This document shows positions 1-8,961 of a DNA stretch of 64,000 bases, in pieces (the stretch's first letter is position 1; each line of letters starts with the position of its first letter). Location of the stretch: positions 13,882 through 77,881 of the forward strand of contig CANQQV010000007.1 in the NCBI GenBank assembly GCA_947626095.1, written 5' to 3'. The stretch is from an uncultured Bacilli bacterium (GTDB lineage Bacteria > Bacillota_I > Bacilli_A > RF39 > UBA660). Both the position numbers and the translations under genes were made by a program. Under the pieces are notes generated by a model that was not told where the DNA came from, did not search any database, and saw only the letters and a list, made by a program, of their open reading frames with translations.

Positions 1-51
1 TATTTAATTCTATTTTAAAAAATAAAATATATTATTAAATAAGGTGAAAAT

Positions 52-783
52 ATGAAAATAATTACTTATCTTATCATTGGTATTGTATCAAGTATTACTA
101 ACATTCTTCCGTTATCTTATAATTCTCATCTAACTCTATTACAAAATCTCTTTAATACTAAAATCTTTAACTATCAAGAACTAAACAATTTATTTTACCT
201 TCCACCCCTAATAGCTATCTTTATCACTCTTATTAACTATCACTCTTTAAAACACATCAAAAAGAATCACTTAAAAAAACTATTTTTACTTATCCCACCA
301 ATTTTAACCAGTATATTTTCTAGTATAATTTTTCATCATTACCAATTAAAAACTATTCCCTATCTTTTTATCATAATCGCTATTCTCCTTATCTTTACCA
401 AAAATAAAAATTATTCTAAACCTTTACAAGAACTAACTATTAAAAACACTATCTTTCTAAGTATTTTTAACTTAATTCCCTTTATTCCTCCAATTCTAAC
501 TAATCTCCTCGGTTGTTATCTTTGTAAATTATCTAAAGAATCAAGTCTCAAATACGCTTTTACTATTACTTTCTTTAATTACTTAATTCCTCTATCTACC
601 AATATCAATTACTTATTATCTACTCCTGATTTAATATACCTCATAATAAGTATTACCTTTTCCACTCTTATCTCTCTATCTTTAATTAAATACTTAATTA
701 ACTTAATCAATAACAATAAACTTTATAAATTATCTCTCTACTTAATTATTATCGCTCTATTTACTTTATATTGGTTTCGTTAA
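52..783 (+). CDS. UppP/BacA-family polytopic membrane protein, divergent with degenerate catalytic motifs
   Basis: 243 aa, about 8 hydrophobic helices. GIVSSITNILPLSYNSH aligns with the UppP motif GxxEGLTEFLPVSSTGH. IPFIPPILTNLLG..LSKESSLKYAF aligns with PGxSRSGxTI..LSRxxAxxFSF, but the Glu and Ser-Arg positions are substituted. Confidence 0.5.
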   Translation: MKIITYLIIGIVSSITNILPLSYNSHLTLLQNLFNTKIFNYQELNNLFYLPPLIAIFITLINYHSLKHIKKNHLKKLFLLIPPILTSIFSSIIFHHYQLKTIPYLFIIIAILLIFTKNKNYSKPLQELTIKNTIFLSIFNLIPFIPPILTNLLGCYLCKLSKESSLKYAFTITFFNYLIPLSTNINYLLSTPDLIYLIISITFSTLISLSLIKYLINLINNNKLYKLSLYLIIIALFTLYWFR

Positions 784-795
784 AAAAAAGATATG

Positions 796-1878
796 TTATT
801 CCATATCTTCTTCCTCTTTATGTTCAATTAAACTAACATCAACACTATTAATACTATCAAATCTCTTCGTAATCTTCTCCGTCGTAATATTAATATCTTT
901 TATATCTTTAGTTACTGTATCAATACTACGAGATAACTTATCCCATCTTTCACGATATTTATCAAATTCTTTACTTAGTTTATTTAATTCAACATGAATA
1001 ATCTGCGCATACTTATCTCTTTCCATATTTTTTAAGATCATCTGAATAATTGTTAAAGTACTCATTAAAGTTGTTGGACTAGTAATCCATACTCTCTTCT
1101 CATAAGAATATCTAAGTAATTCTTCATGATGAGCATTAATCTCTGCAAATACTGCTTCAGCAGGTAAAAACATAATAGCTTCATCTGAAGTTTCACCAGG
1201 TATTATATATTTACTAGCTATTGCATCAATATGCTTTTTAACATCACTTTTAAATAACTTTAAAGCAGCATTTCTTTCTGTATCAGATAAACTAGTATCT
1301 GTCATTCTCTCATAATTTTCTAAAGGAAATTTACTATCGATACAAATAGTTCCTAAAGGTGCTGGAGCATACAAAATAGAATCAGCAATATAACCATTAC
1401 TCATTGTATGTTGAATATCATAAATTGAACCAGTCTTCTCACCGAAAACACTAGTTAAAATATAATTTAAATTAACTTCACCAAAGATACCTCTCGTCTT
1501 CTTATCAGTCAAAACACTTTGTAAACCAACTATTTCTGTTGATAAACTATCAATCTTTTTCTGTGCTTCATCGATCTTGGTTAATCTCTCTAAAATATTA
1601 TTAAATGTTTTATTAGTCTTCTCAAAGTTCTGATCTATTCTTTCATTTACTTTTTCATTTATTAACAATAATTTATGTTCAACACTTTCATTTAATTTAT
1701 TAAAATCTTCTGTTAAATATTTATTTATATCAAACTTAAAATCAGCTAAATCACTATTAACATTCTTTTCTAGCTTTCCTAGTCTTTCTACTAAATCCTT
1801 TTCATCATTCTTTTTAAATAAATTAATAATAACTAAAATAATTAAAACAACTAATAAACCTATTATTACATAATCCAT
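796..1878 (-). CDS. rmuC: DNA recombination protein RmuC
   Basis: 360 aa. N-terminal TM, long coiled-coil, C-terminal nuclease-like region with ICIDSKFPLENYERM and IMFLPAEAVFAE, typical of the RmuC family. Confidence 0.8.
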   Translation of the reverse strand: MDYVIIGLLVVLIILVIINLFKKNDEKDLVERLGKLEKNVNSDLADFKFDINKYLTEDFNKLNESVEHKLLLINEKVNERIDQNFEKTNKTFNNILERLTKIDEAQKKIDSLSTEIVGLQSVLTDKKTRGIFGEVNLNYILTSVFGEKTGSIYDIQHTMSNGYIADSILYAPAPLGTICIDSKFPLENYERMTDTSLSDTERNAALKLFKSDVKKHIDAIASKYIIPGETSDEAIMFLPAEAVFAEINAHHEELLRYSYEKRVWITSPTTLMSTLTIIQMILKNMERDKYAQIIHVELNKLSKEFDKYRERWDKLSRSIDTVTKDIKDINITTEKITKRFDSINSVDVSLIEHKEEEDME

Positions 1879-1880
1879 AA

Positions 1881-2480
1881 TTAATACCTCTCATCTATAT
1901 TAAATTTTTTATTAATGACACGACTTATTACATAAGCTAATAATAACATAATTACTACTTTAACTAATACTATTGGATTTTTTAAGCATTCAACTAGATT
2001 AGTTCCAACATACCCCCAAAACAAAACAATAAAGATTTTACCAACAAATAAAGAATACAAATATTTTAACTTAGGTATCTTAGAAATACCAGCTCCTAAA
2101 TTAATAAAGAAAGAAGGAGCAAAAGGAATTGCAATTATTAAAACAATATTAGTAAAAGATAAATTACTTATCGAATTCATAATCTTCTTTAAATATTTTC
2201 TCTTTTTGCTCTTCTTTTGAAAATAATTATTTAATACTTTTCTAGCTAAACAAAAAGTTGTAAATGATCCTAATACCGTACAAATCCACGAAACTATTGA
2301 ACCCAATATTGGCCCCATTGTTAATATATTAATGGTTATAAATAAGAATAAAGGTAAAAAAGCTAGTATTCCTTCTAAGAAAATTAATCCACAACAAAAG
2401 ATCGGCGCCATTACTCCTGCATTAACTAAAAACTCATTTAACCAACTATTTATATCATTAAAAATTTCCATAATTACCAC
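1881..2480 (-). CDS. DedA / TVP38-TMEM64 (VTT domain) family membrane protein
   Basis: 199 aa polytopic membrane protein with a basic loop (KKSKKRKYLKK) between helix bundles, the DedA-like layout. The start may instead be the ATG at 2471. Confidence 0.6.
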   Translation of the reverse strand: MVIMEIFNDINSWLNEFLVNAGVMAPIFCCGLIFLEGILAFLPLFLFITINILTMGPILGSIVSWICTVLGSFTTFCLARKVLNNYFQKKSKKRKYLKKIMNSISNLSFTNIVLIIAIPFAPSFFINLGAGISKIPKLKYLYSLFVGKIFIVLFWGYVGTNLVECLKNPIVLVKVVIMLLLAYVISRVINKKFNIDERY

Positions 2481-2540
2481 AATTATATTATAGTTTAATT
2501 ACTTTTAAATAACAATAAATGGTCTTTTTTTAATGTAAAC

Positions 2541-2789
2541 TTATTCCTTAGTTACAAAAGTCACATCATATCCATAAAACTCTAAAATATTCGTAGCTTT
2601 TTTCGCTTTAATTCCTCCATTACAATAAATAAAATACTTCTTATTTTTATCTAATAATTCTTTATGATTAACAAGTAATTTTTCATAAGGAATATGTATA
2701 CTACCTTCTACTACTTTACTATCATTATTATTAACATCTATAAATACTCCCATATTCTTCTTATAATCTTTTAATAATATTTTTTTCAT
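2541..2789 (-). CDS. Single-domain rhodanese-like sulfurtransferase
   Basis: 82 aa. Active-site-like loop YCNGGIKAKKA (Cys followed by a basic loop) in a rhodanese-like context. Confidence 0.65.
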   Translation of the reverse strand: MKKILLKDYKKNMGVFIDVNNNDSKVVEGSIHIPYEKLLVNHKELLDKNKKYFIYCNGGIKAKKATNILEFYGYDVTFVTKE

Positions 2790-2819
2790 TAAACCTCACC
2801 CCAATATATTCTATGTCAT

Positions 2820-2852
2820 AAAAAAGAGACGACTTAATTAATTAGTCATCTC
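2820..2852 (-). terminator. Rho-independent terminator closing the T4SS/Tad supercluster
   Basis: Minus strand reads GAGATGACT-aattaatta-AGTCGTCTC followed by TTTTTT. The 9-bp stem overlaps the virD4-like stop codon. Confidence 0.6.
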
Positions 2853-5568
2853 CAAAGAAATCATCAAAGAATTCATCATCTGATATAACACTATTATCAT
2901 TTATTTTAACTTTATCTGGATCAATATTAACATTAACCTTTTCTTTTTCTACTTCTTTATTAGTACTTACTACTGATTCAGGAAGCTTGTCCTCCGTAAC
3001 TTGTGTATTATAAATATTATATTCACTTTCTGTATTAGGTTTATTACCACCAACATTATATGAAGTAACAACTGGTTTAGGAGCTTTATTAGTAAATTCA
3101 CTAACTTCCTTTTTAACCTCTTCTTCCGTTTTTACTTCATTTTTAATTCCACTCATTACATCAGGCATCTCATTATAAATATTATAATTATCTTCTGTTG
3201 TTTTAACTACAGTTCCACTATTATAATTAGGTTGAATAATTGAAGCATTAACCGCTTTTGGTAAAGTATCAAAACTGTCAATATCTTCATCAGGACTACT
3301 AGTAGCAACAGCAATATTAGCTTTCTCTGTTCCTATTGTAATCTCACTATCATCATTCTTAACCTCAAAATCATCTTTAGCATCAGTATCAAAAATATTA
3401 AATGAATTAATATCTGGTGTTTTTAAATCATCAACTTTTTCTTCAACCGGAACTACATCTTTAACATTATTATTATTTAAAATATAATCATTTATTCCAT
3501 CATTAATCTTATCAACATCAAAGTCTGGTTTCTCTTTTTCTTCTATTGATTTGATATCATTTGTCTCTTTATTCTTCGATGCATCCTTTAATTTAGCCTG
3601 TTCTTCTTTTTGGCGTGCTTCTTCGGCATCTAACTCTGCTATCTTTCTATCTATATCACGCATCATAGCATCTAAATCTAATCCGCCACCTAAGCCCCCA
3701 AATAAACCACTATCATTACCATCAGATGGAGCAGATGGAGCAAAAGGATTAGAACTACTACTAGGTCCAAACATATCACCACGTGGTCCAAATGGACTAT
3801 CCATTGGTGATTTAAAAGGATTACCACCCATCGCAGCTCCACCATTTTCATTTAACGAATTTTTAATCTTTTCACTTTTTTTCTTCTTTGTGAACTCTTT
3901 TACATCAAACTTCTGAACTGGTCTCTTTTCTCTTACTGGATAAGAAGCTTCTGTTTTAGGATGACCCCAATCCATTTTAAAGTTTGGTGTATACTTCGTT
4001 TTAAATGGTGATAAACGTAATCTAATTATAATTGCTTCAAACAATTTTAACTTTTGTAAATCAGTTACAGTAACCAAAGGTGTAGAAGCTGTTTTATCTT
4101 TATCACTAGATTTAACTTCACCACACATTTTACTTATTTCTTCCAATGCTGCTAACTCAGTACTAATTAAGTATACTAAGTTACCACAGTTACCTTTAAT
4201 AGTTTCCGCATCTTCATTACCATAAACACTCTTTAATTGGGCAAAGTTTTGAATAATAAATGTAAATCTTATCGCACGAGAACGAGCCGCTGTAACCATT
4301 GTTGTAACATCCTTAAGTGGCGGCATGTTAGCAAACTCATCCAAAATAAAATTAGTTCTATATGGTAACTTTCCTCCATTAGCTTGAGCTACATCAATTA
4401 ATGTTTCATAAACTTGTTTAATAAAAATAGTAGCTAAACTATGATATGTTGTTTTTTCATCATGAATAACAATAAAAACAGCTGTTTTTTCTTTACCAAT
4501 ATTACGCATATCAAAGTCACTATATGATAGCATTTCTGATAAATTTTCACGTGAAGCAAATAATCTTATCTTTTGTCTAAATACTGATAAAATACCACCT
4601 TTAGTTTCAGTAGGAGCATTTATTGTATTTGAAGCAAATATATAAGGACTTGAATCTTCACCCTTTAAAGTAAAATATTCTTTAATATAATTACTAGCGG
4701 CAAATTTTTCTTCCCCAACAGTACTCATCAAGTTAATAGAGTTAAGATTTATTTCCTCTATCTTAGCATCTTCAAATAAACCTAATGCTAAACCTGAAAA
4801 GTAGTCAGCTGATGATTTTTCCCAGAAAGGATCCTTATTATTAGGATCATACAAAATATTTAACGCAACGTCATCTAGTAACTCAGTTGCTTTATCAAAA
4901 TTACCATCTTTATAGTATTGATAAGGTAAAGTAAGTGGGTTCCAAGCATTACCATTTTGTGGCTCACGAAAGTTTAAAATAACAACATTATAACCTCTCT
5001 GCCTCATATAGTCGCTAGACGCTTTATATAATTCACCTTTAGGGTCAGTTATAACCATACTTTCGCCTTTTTTAATTAAAAGTTCAACCATTGGTTCAAC
5101 AACCGTTTGTGATTTACCTGAACCAGTAGAACCTATAACCAAATTATGATATTCACCATTATCTACCCATAATCTTTTACCATCATTAACTAAAGGAATA
5201 CCAGCAGCTTTTGTTTCTTGAGCTAAAGGTTCTACAATTTCAACGTCTTTATCATTTTTTATTTCTCTATCTTTTGACCATCTTGAATAACCTTTACTTT
5301 CCTTTTCACCTATTTCTAAGCCTACACCTTTTTTTCTTTCAAAAACCAAAGAAGAAACACTTGTAAAAATTAAAACTAAAAGTATTAAAAATAAAACTAA
5401 AGTCGCTCCTAAGAATTCTGTTAATCCAGGTATTGGATTTAATCCTGAAAAGGCTCCTGTTTCTCCAAAAGAATTTATATTAGCTGTCGCAATTGCACAA
5501 AGATATAACAAAAATCCCGCAAAAATCGCAAACATTATCAAATCTTTACTTGAAATACGAAATTTCAT
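2842..5568 (-). CDS. virD4: Type IV coupling protein (VirD4/TraG family) with a long low-complexity C-terminal tail
   Basis: 908 aa. Two N-terminal TMs, Walker A LVIGSTGSGKSQTVVEP, NFILDEFANMPPL (Walker B-like), SRAIRFTFIIQNFAQL. The last ~370 aa are acidic, G/P/F-rich and low complexity. RBS GGGGTGGA precedes the ATG. Confidence 0.85.
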   Translation of the reverse strand: MKFRISSKDLIMFAIFAGFLLYLCAIATANINSFGETGAFSGLNPIPGLTEFLGATLVLFLILLVLIFTSVSSLVFERKKGVGLEIGEKESKGYSRWSKDREIKNDKDVEIVEPLAQETKAAGIPLVNDGKRLWVDNGEYHNLVIGSTGSGKSQTVVEPMVELLIKKGESMVITDPKGELYKASSDYMRQRGYNVVILNFREPQNGNAWNPLTLPYQYYKDGNFDKATELLDDVALNILYDPNNKDPFWEKSSADYFSGLALGLFEDAKIEEINLNSINLMSTVGEEKFAASNYIKEYFTLKGEDSSPYIFASNTINAPTETKGGILSVFRQKIRLFASRENLSEMLSYSDFDMRNIGKEKTAVFIVIHDEKTTYHSLATIFIKQVYETLIDVAQANGGKLPYRTNFILDEFANMPPLKDVTTMVTAARSRAIRFTFIIQNFAQLKSVYGNEDAETIKGNCGNLVYLISTELAALEEISKMCGEVKSSDKDKTASTPLVTVTDLQKLKLFEAIIIRLRLSPFKTKYTPNFKMDWGHPKTEASYPVREKRPVQKFDVKEFTKKKKSEKIKNSLNENGGAAMGGNPFKSPMDSPFGPRGDMFGPSSSSNPFAPSAPSDGNDSGLFGGLGGGLDLDAMMRDIDRKIAELDAEEARQKEEQAKLKDASKNKETNDIKSIEEKEKPDFDVDKINDGINDYILNNNNVKDVVPVEEKVDDLKTPDINSFNIFDTDAKDDFEVKNDDSEITIGTEKANIAVATSSPDEDIDSFDTLPKAVNASIIQPNYNSGTVVKTTEDNYNIYNEMPDVMSGIKNEVKTEEEVKKEVSEFTNKAPKPVVTSYNVGGNKPNTESEYNIYNTQVTEDKLPESVVSTNKEVEKEKVNVNIDPDKVKINDNSVISDDEFFDDFFGDD

Positions 5569-5649
5569 GAGTCTTCCACCCCAAATCTATTAATATTATA
5601 CTACATATCAAGTTAAAAATAAAAGGCTTTATTGACCTTTTACTTATTA

Positions 5650-6426
5650 TTATTTTTTTGTAATTTTTGTAATAATTAAAACAAATATAAAGAACAATCC
5701 TAAAGCTCCAATAGCTATTAAAATAGGATTCTGATTAGCTATTTTACTAACCTCAGATTCGTTCTTCTTATCCTTCTTAGTAACAGTTATTCCACCACTT
5801 TCACTACCCGATGGATTACTAGGATTACTAGGTTCAGTACTTTCTCCCTTACTTATATCATAAAGAATATAAATACTCTTCTTACTACTAGGAGTAAATA
5901 CCCAAGTATATACATTATCCTTAACTGAATCAGCATTATTCTCTTTAACTGGATATTCTGACTTAATATTAATCTTTACTTCCGTCAAATTAGGATGATC
6001 TTTAAACAATAAAATTCCTGCATTATCAGTTGATAAAGATATTGTCTTTTCATTAGTATCTTTAATAATTGATGGTGAAGAAAATGCCTTCTTTACACTA
6101 CTAGCTTTATTATAATTACCTAAACCATAATTATATTTATAATATAAAATATATCCGTTACTTAACTCCGTACTAGATTTTTCATAATATTCTATTCCTG
6201 GTTCTTTTTGATCAGGCATCGTATCAACTATTTCTACATCAGCACATGCTGGCATAAAATTTCTAAAAGCCAATCCCATTTGTTCTTTATTATAATAATT
6301 ATCTTGCAAAGCTGTAATAGATACATTTTCTTCTATACTATCTTCTTTAACTACTATATTAACATTAGCACTACATCCACACAGTAAAACCATCAAACAA
6401 CTTAATATAACTAACTTAATTTTCAT
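5650..6426 (-). CDS. T4SS-associated putative lipoprotein with a C-terminal TM anchor
   Basis: 258 aa. Signal peptide with lipobox-like LLCGC, and C-terminal helix NPILIAIGALGLFFIFVLII followed by KITKK. Its start overlaps the upstream stop (ATGA at 6423-6426). Confidence 0.55.
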   Translation of the reverse strand: MKIKLVILSCLMVLLCGCSANVNIVVKEDSIEENVSITALQDNYYNKEQMGLAFRNFMPACADVEIVDTMPDQKEPGIEYYEKSSTELSNGYILYYKYNYGLGNYNKASSVKKAFSSPSIIKDTNEKTISLSTDNAGILLFKDHPNLTEVKINIKSEYPVKENNADSVKDNVYTWVFTPSSKKSIYILYDISKGESTEPSNPSNPSGSESGGITVTKKDKKNESEVSKIANQNPILIAIGALGLFFIFVLIITKITKK

Positions 6427-8888
6427 GTTCCTTCACTCCTTTGATGAGTACTATACCATCCATCCATTTTAATACCCCAATATCCTGAACTATTAAATGG
6501 TCTTCTTGTAAATAATACTCCAGCCGCATTACCACTAGCTTCAGCACAAATATAATTACCAGTTGATTCTTCAATACCAACTACTAATACAATATGCCCA
6601 CTCGATTCTAATAAATCTCCTGGTTCCAAAATCGCACTATTTGTTAAAGAAACTTTTTGTACACCTGACATATTTTGGAATCCACCAGCTAACATTTGTG
6701 CAATATTAAAGCCACCATTCTTAATCGCCCATGGTACAAAACCAGAACAATCTAAACCACAATAATTATAAGATTGATTATTAGCATAAGTATGACATTG
6801 CGTACTACCCCAATAACCTAAAGCACCAATTACAACACCATCAGCGTGTCCACCACCCCAATAATAAGGCACTTTAACATTATAATTATTACCTAATTCT
6901 GCAATTAACGTAACTGCCGCTGCAACTACTCCAGCTCTAGTTCCAAATCCAGCTTTTTCAACATTCTTTTCTATTAAACCATTAAAAGCTTCCAAACTAG
7001 TACCTTGCTTTTCTAAGAATGAATCTAATGGTTCATGTAAAATAGTATGACCATCCGAAGATAATACATAATCCCCATAATCAATAATTCCACTTGAACA
7101 AGTAGCACCAGATATTGAACCACCACCATAATGAATACTTAATATTTCATCATAAGTATGTCCTTCAGCTTCTAATCTACTCCATTCTTGTTGATCAGTA
7201 TTAATATAATCTGTATGTACTACATTTCCACTATCATCGACTAATACTTTTCCTTTAACTTCTTCAGCAACAGCCAAAACTTCCTCTTTAGTTGCTTCAT
7301 CCAAAGCCCTTTTCCAAATAGTTCCACTATTTATTTCTGGTGAATAAAGTGAAATAGCCCCTCTATCATAACGATAAATATCTTTATCATAATCCCAATA
7401 AACTTGATCAGCTTCACAAGCACGCATCCTTATTTTACCAGTATTTTGATTATAACCATAAAAACAATCATCAGGATTACTTGGACACATTGAAGAATTT
7501 CTTGTTAAAGCAAAATTCCTTGCTGCTACTATCTCTGTTTTAAAATACTCAGGTTTATCCCTAGAATAACCTACTTCAGCTAAAGCAACACCAACAACAT
7601 ATTTTTCAAAATCAACAGTTTCTAAAACAGTATAATTACTTGCTTTAGCATCACAATTAACTAACTCGACTTGTATTCCCTCTAAATTAACTGTTCCAGT
7701 TGTTAAAACACCATTTAAAGAATAATTACATTTACCATTACTTTTACCATTACCATCTAATTCATCAGATAAAGTAGTAATTATTAATATTAAAAAGAAT
7801 AAAATTACAATAGCTAAAATAATTGCAACATGTGGATGAGTCTTTAAAAAATTAATTATCGCTTTTTTCGCAGTACCTAACGCCTTATTAAAAGCATTAT
7901 TACCAGACTTTCCACTACGTCCATTACTATTATCCGAAACATCTCCCTCTGTTCCAGCTTTACCACTCAATAAATTCTTTAAACCACTTTTAAGTCTAGC
8001 TCCAATAGAAGGAGTAACTTCTTCATTAATGCTACCACTAGAACTCTTTGCATTACTTTGATTATTACTATTTTCTCCTTCACGTACTCTTCTTGAATGT
8101 TCTAAATTTTGACGAAATCTATCTGGCTTTTCTCCCTCCTGCGCCTCTGGCTTTCTTCGTAGATTTCGATAATTATTAGCCGTTTGGCCATTATTTTGAC
8201 TATTATTTTGTTCATCTACTTTATCTTTATCTAGCTTATTAGGTGCTTCAGGATTCTTCTCACTATCACCAGGTTTTACATCTTTATTATCACCATTTTT
8301 ATCATCTTTATTTTGTTCATCTTTTTCAGGCTTATTACCGCCATTTTTATCATCTTTACTATCTTGATCTTCTAAATCATTTTTTCTTGGTAATCCACCA
8401 CTACCATTTCCCTCAGTATTTTCAGGTACACTCGGATTATTTCCCTGATAACCACTATTTCTTCGAATAGGTTGATCACTAGAATTATCAACCGGTCTCG
8501 GTTCACTTGGTGGCATAGAACTACCATAATCCTTACCAACATCAGGGGCACCTTCTCGTGGATTTGCCTTTTTAACTGGTGTTGTTGGACGTTCTTCCTT
8601 ACCACCTGAATCTTTATTCAATCCCATATCTTTTTTTGGTAAACTAGAAGCTTTTTGGACATTATTAGCACCAGTATCATTCATCATTGCATTAGGATTA
8701 TATCCCTTAGCCATTGCTTTATCTAAATCTTTACTTGCATCAGCAAGATCACTACTAGCTTTTTTTAAATTTTGTGCATGTTCTAAATTATCTCTATTTA
8801 AATCTTTTAAACTAGCTTCAACAGCACTATCCTTATCAGGCTCTAAATCAATCTTTACTTTAAATTCATTATCAGAATCTTGTGCCAT
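6423..8888 (-). CDS. Bifunctional cell-wall hydrolase (SpoIID-like domain + NlpC/P60 endopeptidase), VirB1 analogue
   Basis: About 345 aa disordered K/D/N/G-rich N-terminus, one TM, then YVVGVALAEVG..EIVAARNFALTR (SpoIID/LytB-like) and a C-terminal GLDCSGFVPWAIKNGG .. SSGHIVLVVG (NlpC/P60 Cys/His). The ORF track starts at a GTG at 8903; the ATG at 8888 is preferred. Confidence 0.75.
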   Translation of the reverse strand: MAQDSDNEFKVKIDLEPDKDSAVEASLKDLNRDNLEHAQNLKKASSDLADASKDLDKAMAKGYNPNAMMNDTGANNVQKASSLPKKDMGLNKDSGGKEERPTTPVKKANPREGAPDVGKDYGSSMPPSEPRPVDNSSDQPIRRNSGYQGNNPSVPENTEGNGSGGLPRKNDLEDQDSKDDKNGGNKPEKDEQNKDDKNGDNKDVKPGDSEKNPEAPNKLDKDKVDEQNNSQNNGQTANNYRNLRRKPEAQEGEKPDRFRQNLEHSRRVREGENSNNQSNAKSSSGSINEEVTPSIGARLKSGLKNLLSGKAGTEGDVSDNSNGRSGKSGNNAFNKALGTAKKAIINFLKTHPHVAIILAIVILFFLILIITTLSDELDGNGKSNGKCNYSLNGVLTTGTVNLEGIQVELVNCDAKASNYTVLETVDFEKYVVGVALAEVGYSRDKPEYFKTEIVAARNFALTRNSSMCPSNPDDCFYGYNQNTGKIRMRACEADQVYWDYDKDIYRYDRGAISLYSPEINSGTIWKRALDEATKEEVLAVAEEVKGKVLVDDSGNVVHTDYINTDQQEWSRLEAEGHTYDEILSIHYGGGSISGATCSSGIIDYGDYVLSSDGHTILHEPLDSFLEKQGTSLEAFNGLIEKNVEKAGFGTRAGVVAAAVTLIAELGNNYNVKVPYYWGGGHADGVVIGALGYWGSTQCHTYANNQSYNYCGLDCSGFVPWAIKNGGFNIAQMLAGGFQNMSGVQKVSLTNSAILEPGDLLESSGHIVLVVGIEESTGNYICAEASGNAAGVLFTRRPFNSSGYWGIKMDGWYSTHQRSEGT

Positions 8889-8912
8889 AATTACCACTTC
8901 CACACTAAATAA

Positions 8913-8921
8913 AGTATATCA
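8913..8921 (-). promoter_or_regulatory. Extended -10 element (TGATATACT) upstream of the hydrolase gene
   Basis: Minus-strand TGaTATACT lies about 25 nt upstream of the ATG at 8888 and just downstream of a terminator hairpin. No good -35 element. Confidence 0.35.
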
Positions 8922-8934
8922 TAAAAGCCCAAAA

Positions 8935-8956
8935 GAAAAAAGCCGATAAACGGCTT
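8935..8956 (-). terminator. Putative intrinsic terminator after the virB4 C-terminal ORF
   Basis: Minus strand reads AAGCCG-tttat-CGGCTT followed by TTTTTC. The stem is short, 6-7 bp. Confidence 0.45.
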
Positions 8957-8961
8957 ATTTA

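Noticed and set aside
3551-3916. 121-aa plus-strand ORF inside the virD4-like gene
   Set aside because: It is antisense to a well-supported CDS, lies in the low-complexity tail region, has a low-complexity translation (S/P/F-rich), and has no RBS. It is a compositional artefact.
2842-5568. 908-aa ATPase as an FtsK/SpoIIIE DNA translocase rather than a T4CP
   Set aside because: It has only two N-terminal TMs. The motif set (GSTGSGKS .. DEFAN .. IIQNFAQL) matches the TraG/VirD4 family rather than the FtsK alpha/beta/gamma organisation. Its genomic context with VirB4/VirB6-like genes also supports a T4CP.
8243-8605. Two short ORFs (8243-8470 plus strand, 8372-8605 minus strand) within the hydrolase gene
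   Set aside because: They are alternative-frame or antisense readings of the repetitive K/D/N/G-coding region. The H/Y-rich nonsense translations have no start context.
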